A stretch of 64,000 bases of DNA from Octopus vulgaris (Eukaryota). The notes under the pieces are model-generated. The model searched no databases. It saw only the letters and a program-made list of their open reading frames with translations, and was not told where the DNA came from. Each line of letters begins with the position of its first letter. Positions within the stretch are counted from its first letter, which is position 1. The stretch covers positions 208,196,001 through 208,260,000 of the forward strand of contig OX597814.1 of assembly GCA_951406725.2 (NCBI GenBank), given 5' to 3'. This document shows positions 10,674 to 23,785 of this stretch, in pieces. The translations under genes were made by a program, and so were the position numbers.

Positions 10674-12904
10674 CACAATGTAACACATGTTTTGTTTATT
10701 TGTATTTTTTAATGTTCATATATGCATTTTTTGCCACTAAATTCAAAAATCACATTCGCTTTGACGTAACATCGATAGTTATATATTTATTCCTAATTTC
10801 ATATTTGCTCGTTATATTTGTAACTTTTCTCTACAGCACTTTATTGGTTCAATCTATTTTAGTATTGTAAGGGTAATTACACAACATTTAGTACTTTTTC
10901 ATATATTGAAAGGTATTTAGGATGTATAATATTAGTTAGAACAAAAAGAAACAATAAAATTCTGCCCTGTAAATGCCATGATAACTCTTTTTTTAAGATG
11001 AGAAGTGCTTTGATGATCGGGATTTTCTGGAGTGTATATCTGCATCTCTTCTGACTAGGGACCATACATAATCACCCATCATAGCAGTATCCCATCGTTC
11101 TTGGTATCTTCTTTCCATAGTTGCGATGTTCTGATGAAGTCTCTCACCATGCTCCTCACTGACATCACCCAAGTTTTCGGGGAAAAAATCTAGGTGAGAG
11201 TGCAAAAAATGAATGTTTAAGGATATACAACAACCCATTTTCTTGAAGTTTTCAATAAGCTTTGCTACCAGCTGTTTGTAATTAGGATCCTTGTGATTTC
11301 CTAGGAATCCATGAACTACATCACGAAATGCACACTAAGCTTCTTTTTCAACTATTGTCATCGCTCTTTCCAGTTTCTTCGACTTTAACATTGCATTTAC
11401 TTGGGGCCCAACAAATATGCCACCCTTGATCTTAGCCTCAGATAGCTTTGGAAACATAAGACAAATTTCTTGAAAAGCTTCTCCTCTAAAAATCTAAGGC
11501 CTTCACAAACTGTTTTACCAATCTGAGTTTGATATGAAGTGGGGACAATAAGATTTTGTTGGAATCTACTAGAGGCTGTTTGAGAACATTTAACATTCCC
11601 TGGCTGCAGTTCCACTCATGGGAACCAATGTACTCTCTTGTAACGATCATCATCAGCTCTGCTGTCCCATAAGCAAAGGAAACATGAATACTTTGTGTAT
11701 CCTCCTTGCAAGCCAAGCAAGAAGGCAAGCATCTTGAAATCACCACAAACATCCCACTTGAACTCAGCGTAATTTATTTTGTCGAGAAGTTCTTTGATAT
11801 TATTGAAATTTTCTTTCTTCTGTATGGAGTGTGCAGGAGGCAAAGAAGGATATTTATTTCCATTGTGGAGCAACACTGCTTTGAGACTTTGTATTGAGCT
11901 ATCTATGAAAAGTCGCCATTCTGCAGAATCATGCTTGCGTCCAATAGCAATAAACAAACCAATCACATCTTTACAATAACACAGATCATTAATATTTTCA
12001 TAGTAAATTTCAAATTCTTCATGACGTTTCCGGTACACAGATATCCTGCAGTCTTCCCCCAGTAGATTCCATTCCTTCAACCCATGATGAAAGAAGTTCA
12101 ACTCCTGACTTAGTAAGACACAGATCCCTGATTAAATCATCTAGCGCACTCTGATTTGGAAAGTGAGGCTCTGAGGTTGTTCTTGGTACGAAAGCTTCTT
12201 CCATTTCTTGGCTGTTGCTACTTGTTGACTCTTCCGATGAAATATTTTCTGGTGGTAGTGGTACTCGTAAACTGTCATCATGTGGGACAGGTGCTCTAAA
12301 TGATGGTATGTCTGGATACTGAAGAGCTTGTCTTCCTTTCACTTTTCTGTACTTTGTCAGATCGATCATATAAAAGTGACAGTCATCGTGATGGTTCTTT
12401 GGCTCTCTCCATACCCTTGGAATGGCAAAAGGCATTGACCTTCCTGTACCTCTTAACCATCCTTCTAGAGTAAATCGACAGCTTCCACATATCACATGTG
12501 GGGGCCCATGGTTTGTCCTGGTTACTCATGGGCATTCTGAAATAGAGTCTGTACGCTATCCACAATTTGGCACCTTTCACGATCTTATGTAATACCTGCC
12601 TTTTTCCAACATAATAACCACACACATAGCAAAATGTATCTGGAGGATATTTACATACTCTAGTAGCCATCCTGAAAGTAGCAGAACTTAGTAATTAGTC
12701 TGAAAGAGAAAATTAGACATACATTTAGTAGTGGAACATTATAACAATACCGAATATATAATAACATTGAAAGTCGACATTTTTTTAACTGTTGATGATA
12801 CACAAAAAATAATTTTATTTTTGGAATCAGCAGAAAAAATGGATTGATAAACAATGAAAAAAAAACAATAAACAAATTTTTTTTTTGAAAATTGTTACGT
12901 TGTG
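10674..12904 (-). mobile_element. Chapaev3-like (CMC superfamily) DNA transposon, both ends present, transposase pseudogenised
   Basis: TIRs cacaatgtaaca / tgttacgttgtg; 3-bp TSD TTA; motifs FCYVCG, DKPWAP, WREPKNHHDDC, WRLFIDSS..SLKAVLLHNGN, CGDFK..LLGLQGGYTK, HFLHSHLDFFP..SEEHGERLHQ across several frames. Confidence 0.8.
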
Positions 12905-13513
12905 TTATCAGTTAAAAACAAAATTATAAAGATAACACCATTACTTATTTTATTTATATCTTGTTTTCTATTGTGACATACCTTGAACTGATAATTAGTC
13001 AAGGACCTATTTTCTCTCTCTCTCTCTCTCTCTTTATATATATCATCATCATCATTGTTATTGTTGTTGTCATAAGCATTACTTTAATGTCTACTTTTCC
13101 ATGTTTGCAGGAGTCAAACAAAAGTACATTGTGACAGTTTTTTTTTTTAAAGTTTTTTCAGCCGGATGCCCTTCCACTTGGTATCCCCACTTTGAAACAA
13201 GTGGAATAATAGACTTGCAGTCCACAACACAACAAATAGCTTGGTCATGCTTTCATAAGAAAATTAAACTATCAATGAAGCTGTTGTTTAATAAACCTGT
13301 AAATGTGAAGGAAATGGGATCTCACACATAGACAAACATGTACAAAGACACACAGATACACAAACGTTAGACTTATTTCAGTTTCAGTTTCACTCAGAAG
13401 GTCTTTGGTGGCCTAGGGCTAAAATAGAAGGTTCTTTTCATGCAGTGGCACTGAATCTGAAAGACAAGGGTGGAAAGTGAACTTCTCAACTACATGGCCA
13501 TGCCTACACTTTA

Positions 13514-14112
13514 TGTATGTATGTATGTATGTATGTATGTATGTATGTATGTATGTATGTATGTATGTATGTATGTATGTATGTATGTATGTATGTATGT
13601 ATGCATGTATGTATGTATGTATGTATGGATGTACGTACGTATGTATGTACGTACCTAAGTATGTATGTACATACATATGCATGTATGTATATATGTAGGT
13701 ATTTATGTGTGTATGTATGTATGTGAATGTATGTACATATGTATGTGTGTACATGCATACATATGTATATGTGTATGTATGCCTGTGTGTGTATGTATGT
13801 ACATACTTAAGTACGCATGTATGTATGTATGTATGTATGTACATATATATATACGTACATATGTATGTACGTACATATGCACATACCTAAGTACGTATGT
13901 ATGTATGTACATACCTACATACATACATACATACATGTGTGCGTATGTATGTATGTATTTATGTGTGTGTATGTATGAATGTGTGTGTGTAAGTATGTAT
14001 GTACATATGTATTTGTGTACATGAATACATATGTACATGCATACGTACATGCGTGTGTATGCATGTATGTACGTGCATGCGTACATACGTGTGTATAGCA
14101 CTCATACATACA
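13514..14112. repeat. (TATG)n microsatellite degenerating to TA/TG
   Basis: Visible directly. Confidence 0.95.
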
Positions 14113-14853
14113 CAGAGAGATGTGTTCATCAGGTCAGGTGGATTTGTTAGATAATCAGATAACCTTGTGGTGGATGCGAGAGATTCGAAGAAAGGCACCT
14201 ACCTTCTCTTCTCTCAGATGGAGACCCTTCAGCGGTAACGGATCCTTCAACGCAGCCCGACCCGAACGCTAGAGATAGCAGCTGCTTCACCCAACCTTAA
14301 CAACGTGATGACCCGTCTTAGCCCCTCGGCGACCTGACTCAAAAGGCGGAATCCCCAGCTCGCTGCGCGCGCGTCACGGCTGCCCCTTCCGGTCAGCTCC
14401 CCAGCTGCTGACGTCATCCCACAAACCTTTCACTGGTAATTATGCCAGACTGTATAACATGTGCATGGTTGGGTCAATGGCTACTAAACTGGCATCCCCA
14501 CAGAGCCTGCATGGTGAGAGGGGGATTTTTAGATAGTATACAAGACTTGTGGGTATTCATTTATTGGAACAATTTGATGTAAAATCTATGGGTGAAATAG
14601 TTAACGGTCATCTTGCTCCTGCTTGACACAGAAATGGATATTTAAAGTGTAGTATACATGAAATGCAAGTGTAGATATTCCAATGAGGGACTGATGTCTC
14701 ATCAACTCATCTTGTTCTCTATTGTTTTCACAAAAGTCCAGTAGTGATAGAGAAGTGATGACATGTTCAGACTTAAACCAATGGAATTGTGCAGTCGTGG
14801 AACTGCACATGGGCAGCAAATGGTTTTTTAACATCATTATTAGAGAGAGCGAG

Positions 14854-14889
<36 letters not shown>

Positions 14890-14890
14890 C

Positions 14891-14923
<33 letters not shown>

Positions 14924-15229
14924 TAGAGAGAGTGTGTGTGCCTAGAAGAGATTCTTGTGTTTGAGAATCCTTAAGGAGGAACCACAGCTCACACTGTTCC
15001 TTAGAAAGGTACAAAAAAGGGTGCATTAGTGATTGTTGGTATACTTTTGGCTTTAGTTTACTGTGGCTAATGGAGATTCAATAAACCAGGAAAGAGAATG
15101 CTATCAATTACGGTACCAAATTAGATGCAAAGTGTGAATCATAATTAACAGTGTTGTTACCACCCTTCTAAATCAGGTTTATCTAATTGACAAGGATGTT
15201 AAATAATAATAATAATAATAATAATAATG

Positions 15230-15281
<52 letters not shown>

Positions 15282-15283
<2 letters not shown>

Positions 15284-15670
15284 TCTCGGCAAAAGAGTTT
15301 GACAAGCTCAGAAAATATAAAGACCTGCTCATTGAAATTGAGAAAATGTGGCATCTCAAGGCGGTTACAATACCAGTGATCATAGGAGCACTAGGAATGA
15401 TCAAGAAGGGAACCGAAAATTATATGAGAATGATCCCTGGCTTACCATCCCTGCAAGAAGTGCAAAAGATTGTCCTAACTGTTACATCACACGTATTGAG
15501 AAGAGCATTGTCGATGTGAGAACTATTACTACCCATGTATTTTAATTTAACTTTAAAAAAAAAAGAAAAAAAAGAACGGACTAGTGAGTTTAGTTTAATG
15601 GCCTATCAATGTATACTATGAGTTTATTTGCCCTAGGAGTCGGGAAGACACTCAGCGAGAAATGGAAGCA
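15282..15670 (+). mobile_element. 3' fragment of a restriction-like-endonuclease LINE (R4/Dong-like) within (AAT)n
   Basis: KEFDKLRKYKDLLIEIEKMW..PVIIGALG..QKIVL; (AAT)n tracts on both sides. Confidence 0.75.
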
Positions 15671-15697
15671 AATTTGAAAGAAGAGAAAAAAAAAATT

Positions 15698-15728
<31 letters not shown>

Positions 15729-15775
15729 TGATGACGATGACGATGATGATGATGATGATGATGATATGGATAATG

Positions 15776-15830
<55 letters not shown>

Positions 15831-16109
15831 AATTATTGTATATAGTGCTCAGGTGCACCACAACTGTTGTTGAATATCACCTGTAACCAGAGAATTGCAA
15901 CAATGAAACATAGCAGTACTTTGAACTGCTATTCTGATAAGAATCCCCATATTGAACTATCTTCCAGTCTCACAATATTTTGGACTAGAAAATCAGAAAA
16001 GGAAAGAAGAGAGGCAGAAATTTGTTTAAATATCAAAACAACTTTACTTGAGGAAACAGAGCAATCATGCTGTATCTTGTGTGGATGATATATTTCTTTT
16101 CTTTTTTTA

Positions 16110-16445
16110 TTCTTTTATTTGTTTCAGTCATTTGACTGCGGCCATGCTGGAGCACTGCCTTTAGTCGAGCAAATCGAACCCAGGACTTATTCTTTGTAAG
16201 CCTAGTACTTATTCTATCGTTCTCTTTTGCCGAACCTCTAAGTGACGGGGACGTAAACACACCAGCATCAAGTGATGTTGGGGTACAAACACAGACACAC
16301 AAACATATAAACACACACACACATACATATATGCGATGGGCTTCTTTCAGTTTCCGTCTACCAAATTCACTCATAAGGCTTTGGTCGGCCCGAGGCTATA
16401 GTAGAAGACACTTGCCCAAGGTGCCACACAACCACTCTTACACCT
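16110..16445 (-). mobile_element. SINE A, internally deleted
   Basis: Match to family A. Confidence 0.85.
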
Positions 16446-16679
16446 ATATGTATTTATTTTAACAATTTATGCCCCAGATTTCATAGCTAACAAAAGTTCT
16501 ATTACCAGGATTCAAACACGATCATGTAATTGATTTTATAATAACCTATTTCTTTACTCAGAGAGTTAGAGTGCTTGGAAACATGAAGTTGTAGCACCTT
16601 CCACCAAAAACTAAAACACAAGGTCGCAGGGATTTATCCAGGATTCAAACACGATCATGTAATTGATTTTATAATAACC

Positions 16680-16910
16680 TATTTCTTTACTACCCACATG
16701 GGGCTACACACAGAGGGGACAAACAAAGACAGACAAACGGATTAAGTCGATTATATCGACCCCAGTGCGTAACTGGTACTTAATCTATCGAGCCCGAAAG
16801 GATGAAAGGCAAAGTCGACCTCGGTGGAATTTGAACTCAGAAAGTAGCGGCAGACGAAATACGGCTACGCATTTTGCCTGGCGTGCTAACGTTTCTGCCA
16901 GCTCGCCGCC
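16680..16910 (-). mobile_element. SINE family D (tRNA-like head, Nin/Deu-like central domain)
   Basis: Reverse complement of ggcggcgagctggcagaa...gagttcaaattcc...gcctttcatcctttcggg; TSD ttttataataacc on both sides. Confidence 0.85.
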
Positions 16911-17171
16911 TTTTATAATAACCATGTATAGGATAGTCAAAATGCTTACTATGCATGCATGCTACCTGGTGCTGAATGTAATATTGATCACAAAATGTGA
17001 CATTAGAAGTTTAAGTTTCAAATTTTGAAAAAGGTTCGTATGATAGGGGTAAATGCTCTTAAATGTTTTTTTGGTATGTCTAAACTAGTTCAGCCAGATA
17101 CTCAAGAAATAGTGCCTAATAAATACATTGATCATAGCTTTTATGGTTCTTGAGTAAATTTTAGAGACCAT

Positions 17172-17590
17172 AGGCGCAGGAGTGGCTGAGTGGTAAGTAG
17201 CTTGTTTACCAACCACATGGTTCCGGGTTCAGTCCCACTGCGTGGCACCTTGGGCGAGTGTCTTCTACTATAGCCTCGGGTCGACCAAAGCCTTGTGAGT
17301 GGATTTGGTAGACAGAAACTGAAAGAAGCCCATCGTATATATGTATATATATATGTGTGCATGTGTATTTGTGTGTCTGTGTTTGTCCCCCTAGCATTGC
17401 TTGACAACTGATGCTGGTGTGTTTATGTCCCCGTTACTTAGCGGTTCGGCAAAAGAAACCGATAGAATAAGTACTGGGCTTACAAAAGAATAAGTCCCGG
17501 GGCCGAGTTGCTCGAGTAAAGGCAGTGCTCCAGCATGGCCACAGTCAAATGACTGAAACAAGTAAAAGAGTAAAAGAGAGTAAAAGAGTA
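17172..17590 (+). mobile_element. SINE A, full length
   Basis: Head aggcgcaggagtggctg; tail (gtaaaaga)n. Confidence 0.9.
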
Positions 17591-18254
17591 TATATTCTCT
17601 CAGAGAGCTAGAGTGCTTGGATTCTAGGAAAGAAATTGGGTTTGTGATAAAAAAAATACAACTATTAGTCAGCTCCTGGAATCAAACACTCTCATTTCAA
17701 ATTTTTGTAAGACCTGGACTTGCAAAAATAATCAGTTGTTGGAACATCTTTTAAAATGTATACAGCACTTGTGCAATGAAATCTAAGGAGGATTAAAAAC
17801 AAGTGATAATCAAAATTTTGGTAGACGTTTGAAGTGTTTTTCATGAGAAAGATTTAAAAAGTCACTGTCATACAAGTATTGTCCTTTGTTTCTGTTATGT
17901 CGCATGTCTGGATGCCTTCTACTCAACTATGCTCTACCCTACTCACTAGTCTACTACTTGACTGTGCTCTCTTGACGTCTAGACTTCTCCCTCTATATCT
18001 ACGTATTGGGCTAGTCTACTTCATCGTCTGGGGGCGTCCACACAACAGTTTCTAATATTCTGTTAAAAAACATGTCTGGCCATGGGGAAATATTATTGTA
18101 CTTGGAAAAAGGTGAGGGTTGGTGATTTTATGGAAGAATGGAAAGAGAAGACACCACGTGCATGAAGGTGGCACTCATTTACAACTTATCAGATGATGTC
18201 AAGGGATACACACACTTCCTCATCCACCCAAACACGCACACTTCTTCACCCACT

Positions 18255-19060
18255 TCACAGAGTGTTCAGGCTAAATTTGACAATTTTCTTTTTATATCTC
18301 CTTTTCCCAGGAACAACTTGATTTCTGCTGGACAGTCAATGGTGTTAGAGAGCATGAAGATTAAAGTTATAATTGAGGAAGAGTTAGCTGTCATGGAGAA
18401 CTGGAAACCATCTGAATAGTCGAAAAGGGTTACCTGTATCATGATGATTTGTGCTGGGTATCAAAATGCTGACATCATGACTGCTTCTCAAAAACTTTGT
18501 GAACACTGCAAAAGCTGTAAGACATGACATGAATGACTGCAATGGAGACTACAAAGCTGCGGCCGGCAGGAAGGGACTCAGCAAGCATTCTGACTGCATC
18601 CACGTACTGGAGTTCATCCCTACATCTTTGAGTAAGACCTTAGGCTCAATCCAGATGGCTATATGAAACTGCTGGAGACTGTGGTCAGTATCTTGTTGGA
18701 GAGTGTTGCTGCTGGAAGTCCATATGTATGGCAACAAGATTCAACTTCTTGCCCCACCTTTGGAAGAGTTAGCAGTGGTTGTTGGAGAATTTTTACAACT
18801 TTGCTACCTCAAATTTCTGACCCACCTAATTCCCCTCTATTGCAAATTCATGGTTTACTATGTGTGGGGCACAGTTGTGAAAGACACCAGTCACCTTGCC
18901 TGCAACACCAAGGCTGAACTGGTGGCCAATATCAAGGAGGTGCTCAAAGATCTTCCACGAGACACATTGAGGAATACATGTACCAGGTTCTGCTGCCATT
19001 TGAGGCAGTGGTGGAAGCTGACGGCAGCTACTTTGAGTAAACTGCTATCTCCCAGTCATT
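18255..19060 (+). mobile_element. Degenerate mariner-like (DD37D/maT-type) remnant
   Basis: PYVWQQDS, PPNSP, YYVWGTV..T....CNTKAEL; similar to 24190-24600. Confidence 0.7.
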
Positions 19061-19072
19061 ATCTAGTTGATG

Positions 19073-19455
19073 TGGAGGCACAATGGCCCAGTGGTTAGGG
19101 CAGCGGACTCGCGGTCGTAGGATCGCGGTTTCGATTCCCAGACCGGGCGTTGTGAGTGTTTATTGAGCGAAAACACCTAAAGCTCTACGAGGCTCCGGCA
19201 GGGGATGGTGGTGATCCCTGCTGTACTCTTTCACCACAACTTTCTCTCACTCTTACTTCCTGTTTCTGTTGTACCTGTATTTCAAAGGGTCGGCCTTGTC
19301 ACTCTCTGTGTCACGCTGAATATCCCCGAGAACTACGTTAAGGGTACACGTGTCTGTGGAGTGCTCAGCCACTTACACGTTAATTTCACGAGCAGGCTGT
19401 TCCGTTGATTCAGATCAACCGGAACCCTCGTCGTCGTAACCGACGGAGTGCTTCT
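19073..19455 (+). mobile_element. SINE C, full length, inserted near the mariner 3' end
   Basis: A/B boxes; TSD atctagttgat on both sides. Confidence 0.92.
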
Positions 19456-19651
19456 CTTCTATCTAGTTGATATTTTTTTTAGTTTTTGTGCATGTAGAGA
19501 GAGAGATAAAGAGAGAGAGATGTGATGTGTTTCTTTCAGTTTCTGCCTGCAAAATCCACTCACAAGGTTTTGGTTAACCTGGAACTATAGTAGAAAACAT
19601 TTACCCTGTAACCATGGGAAGCAAATCTCTTACCACACATCCATGTCTGCA

Positions 19652-19762
<111 letters not shown>

Positions 19763-19779
19763 GTAACCGCTTGTTGACA

Positions 19780-20171
19780 GAGCAGCTAACCGGCTTCGTG
19801 CCAGTGGCACATAAAAGGCATCTTTCAAGTGTTATCGTTACCAGCGTCACCTTACTGGCACTTGAGCCCCGTGCTAGTAGGGTGCTAAGAGCACCATCTG
19901 AGCGTGATCGCCTTACTGGCGCCTGTGCCGATGGCATGTGTAAAAAGATTCGAGCGAGGTCGTTACCAGTACCACCTGACTGGCCCCCACGCCAGTGGCA
20001 CGTAAAAGCATCCACTGCACACTCGGAGTGGTTGGCTTTAGAAAGGGCATCCAGCTGTAGAAACTCTGCCAGATCAAGATTGGAGCCTGGTGCAGCCATC
20101 TGGTTCGCCAGCCCTCATTCAAATCATCCAACCCATGCTAGCATGGAAAGCAGACGTTAAACGATGATGAA

Positions 20172-20205
<34 letters not shown>
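19780..20205 (+). mobile_element. Family B, variant with diverged units
   Basis: Diverged units followed by the conserved body and (GAT)n. Confidence 0.75.
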
Positions 20206-20207
<2 letters not shown>

Positions 20208-20453
20208 GCCAGTTAGAAAGGCATAGGAAAAATTTCTTTAGACTTTTCAAAAATTTAAGACTAAATATTACTATAAGTAAAGATTATCATAGAGTGAATT
20301 TTCTTGAAACTACCTTCTGTTTTGATACTGGATTATTTGAACCATTTCATAAGCTGAATGATCATATTAAGTACATTAACGTAGCATCCAACCATCCACC
20401 ATCGATTATATGGGGACTAGTTAAGAATATTTCTACAAGAATATTTCTACAAT

Positions 20454-20862
20454 AGGCGCAGGAGTGGCTGTGTGGTAAGTAGCTTGCTAACCAACCATAT
20501 TGTTCCGGGTTCAGTCCCACTGCGTGGCATCTTGGGCAAGTGTCTTCTGCTATAGCTCCGGGCCGACCAATGCCTTGTGAGTGGATTTGGTAAACGGAAA
20601 CTGAAAGAAGCCTGTCGTATATATGTATATATATATATATGTATGTGTGTGTATGTTTATATGTTTGTGTCCCTAGCATTGCTTGACAACCGATGATGGT
20701 GTGTTTATGTCCCCGTCACTTAGCAGTTCGGCAAAAGAGACCGATAGAATAAATACTGGACTTACAAAGAATAAGTCCCGGGGTCAGTTTATTCGACTAA
20801 AGGCGGTACTCCAGCATGGCCGCAGTCAAATGACTGAAACAAGTAAAAGAGTAAAAGAGTAA
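20454..20862 (+). mobile_element. SINE A
   Basis: Match to family A. Confidence 0.9.
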
Positions 20863-20869
20863 GAATCTC

Positions 20870-22581
20870 TAGATTATCTGCTAGCAATAAAATTTTCGAA
20901 TCTCCTGCATCTTAATATAATGATGCTTTAGCTAGGGCTGGGTACCATGAAAAAATTCAATATGTACAAGAAGCAGGCATAAGCAGCACTGGTAATTCCT
21001 ACAACTGTGATGCACATCATATACCACCACAATGTTACCATTTGAGAATTCACTCGGATAGAGAATACAGGCCAGAAGGAATTGGTCATATCAATGAACT
21101 ACCAACGAAAACTCATAGACATATGCAACACAATAATTCAACTGCTTGTTCCAATCCTGTACAACACACTTGATCAAATAAGCCTAACAACAGATATAGG
21201 AATCAGAATGTACTCTGGTTCAACCCAATTTTCAGTTTGCATGCTTCAACCTAGATTGCTGGAAAATTTTTTGCTGCTTTGGACAAGTATTTTCCTAAAT
21301 CTAATTGGCATCATGTTATTTTTAATCGACACACTGTGAAGGTATCCTATGCCAACTCTCCTAATTTAGAGTAGTTTACATAAACAATAGCAAAATGCAG
21401 CAAAGGTTTGATAACCCACCTACTGGATCTAACAAGCATTTGCATCCAAATACCAACCAAGGAGATGTAAACCGCCTTGATAAACAACAATTACAACCAA
21501 TTTGTAGTAGTAGATATACTCATGGTACTGCTAGCATGATAACAACACTGGTTAATGGAGTCAGGACTGCCTTATATACAAATAAATACGATAAATGCTC
21601 ATGCAGAGATAAATCAAAATGTCCTTTGATGAATCTCTGTTTGAGTACAAATCTTGTATATAAATGTACCGTGCACACAAGGGGAGGGCCCTATGTTTAC
21701 ATTGGGCAGATGGCTGATTCATTTAAGGATCGTTATTGTAACAATGTTGCCAGCTTTAAGACAATCAATAAGAGACATTCAACATCTTTGGAAGATTTTA
21801 TATGGTGACTGAAGGAGGATAAAATGAAGTACAGCATTAATTGGTCCATAGTAAGGTATGCAAAACCATTCAATATAATTTCCAGGAGATGCCGTCTCTG
21901 CTCCGAGGAATCTCTGTCTATTCTGTGGTCTAACGAGAAGATAATTAATAGAATTTCTGAATGACTCTCGAGATGCCTAAACGCATATAAATGAACTTTC
22001 GCACAATGCAATGAGAATGAATTTTGAGTAACCGTTAACTTAACTTAATTTATTTTAAGGTATGGATGACTTTAGTTTACTTTTAACCTTCCCGTTCTTA
22101 TAAACACCAAGTAAATAACAAACTCGCTTTGTGACCATGAATGCACCAAACCTCACGTGTGTGCACGCTCACATTTGCGGATGTTTGTATGAGCGAGTGT
22201 ACTCACACCATGCAGCTTCCCTGAGAGCGTTTATACATCCATATCTGTCAATGGTTATTTTTAATACTTTTCTCACTAGATTGCGTGTTCATTTCTCTTT
22301 TTGTCATCTGTGATTTTATTTTTGATCTTCTATATCAATGAAGATATTTCTTCCATCTGGCTGTTTTTCTCTCTACAAAACAAGAAGTTAGATTGCGGAA
22401 CAGTCATTTTAATGAGTTGTATTTATTTATTTATCACCCGACAAGATACATCTGCACCACTGGATGCTCCTGAACCAGTTGTTGAGTGTCCCACCCAAGA
22501 GGAGTCGATTCCAGATGTGTCGAAACAATTGTCATGATTAATAATAAATTCTCATATATTCCATCTTCTGTCTTTCATTTG

Positions 22582-22585
<4 letters not shown>
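20870..22585 (+). mobile_element. Penelope-like element 3' half: linker, GIY-YIG endonuclease (pseudogene) and 3' UTR
   Basis: NVLWFNPIFS, GKFFAALDKYFP..FNRHTVKVSYA, CSC....CPL..CL..NLVYKC..YVYIGQ..FKDRY, WSIV..CRLC; stops and frameshifts. Confidence 0.85.
22433..22538 (+). ncRNA. Type I hammerhead motif in the PLE 3' UTR (copy 1)
   Basis: ATCAC-ccgacaa-GATACATCT...AGATGTGTC-GAAAC-AATT-GTC-ATGAT; sibling copies supply CTGACGA and GTGAT. Confidence 0.7.
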
Positions 22586-22616
<31 letters not shown>

Positions 22617-22879
22617 CACCCACTACAATCACGGAGTGGTTGGCGTTAGGAAGGGCATCCAGCTGAAGAAACACTGCCAGATCAAGACTGGAGCCTGGTG
22701 CAGCCTCCTGGCTTCCCAGACCCCGGTCGAACCGTCCAACCCATGCTAGCATGGAAAACGGACGTTAAACGATGATGATGATGATGATAATATATATTGG
22801 ATAATAAAACGAATGGTTTACATCTGGTAGCTTACTGGTAAAGTACGGTCACTTTCACAGTGGTCATTATGTATAAGGC

Positions 22880-23068
22880 AAATGAAAGGCAGAAGATGGA
22901 ATATATGAGTATTAATGACAACAATTGTTTTGACACATCTAGTATCGATCCCTTATGGGTGGGACACTCAACAACTGGTTCAGGTGCATCCAGTGGTGCA
23001 GATGTATCTCGTCAGGGGATAAATAGATACAACTAGTTAAAATAACAGTTCTGCAATGTAATTTCCGA
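22880..23068 (-). repeat. Inverted copy of the PLE 3' end including hammerhead copy 2 (22915-23020)
   Basis: Reverse complement of ~22385-22580; reads atccc-CTGACGA-gatacatct...agatgtgtc-aaaac-aatt-gtt. Confidence 0.85.
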
Positions 23069-23070
23069 AA

Positions 23071-23670
23071 GTCTCTTGAGATGCCTAAACGCATATAAAT
23101 GTACTTTCGCACAATGCAGTGGGAATGGATTTTGAGTAACCGTTAACATAATTTTATTTTCTATAAGGTATGGATGACTTTAGTTTACTTTTAACTTCCC
23201 CATTTTTACAAACACCAAATAGATATTTAACTCGCTTTGTGATCATGAGTGCACCGAACCTCATGTGTGCATATGCTCACATTTTTGCAGATGCTTGTAT
23301 GAGCAAGTGTACTTGCACCATCCAGTTTGCCTGAGGGCGTTTATACATCCATATTTGTTAACGGTTATTTTTAATACTTTTCTTGCTGTATTACGTGTTC
23401 GTTTCTCTTTTTATTCCCATCCTTGATTTTATTTTTGACCTTCTGTATAAATGAAGATATTTCCTCCACCTTTCTTTCTACAAAACGAGAAGTTACATTG
23501 CAGAACTGTTATTTTAGCAAGTTATATCTATCTATTTATCACTCTATGAGATACATCTGCACTACTGGATGCTCCTGAACCAGCTATTGAGTGTCAATGC
23601 TAGATGTGCCGAAACAATTGTCGTGATTAATAAAGTCTCATATATTCCATCTTTAGTCTTTCATTTGCCA
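23071..23670 (+). repeat. Direct copy of the PLE 3' end (pseudo-LTR) including hammerhead copy 3 (23538-23627)
   Basis: Matches ~21965-22585; GAAAC-AATT-GTC-GTGAT intact. Confidence 0.88.
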
Positions 23671-23785
23671 TATATATATATGTGTGTGTGTGGGGTGTAT
23701 ATATATGTAAAATATATATAGGGTGGTGAATATTTTTAGAAATTTCACCAATAGTGGCCTAGCATGTATAAAAAGTCAATAAACA

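Noticed and set aside
10452-10712. Non-repetitive 86-aa ORF
   Set aside because: No recognisable motif, runs into T-rich sequence and the transposon end
15882-15985. Minus-strand segment bounded by ttttctag and gtgata as a host exon
   Set aside because: Stops in all three frames and no partner exons; a non-coding exon cannot be excluded
21790-22000. In-frame TGA codons in the PLE endonuclease as possible selenocysteine
   Set aside because: They do not fall at Cys positions and the copy has frameshifts; decay is the simpler explanation
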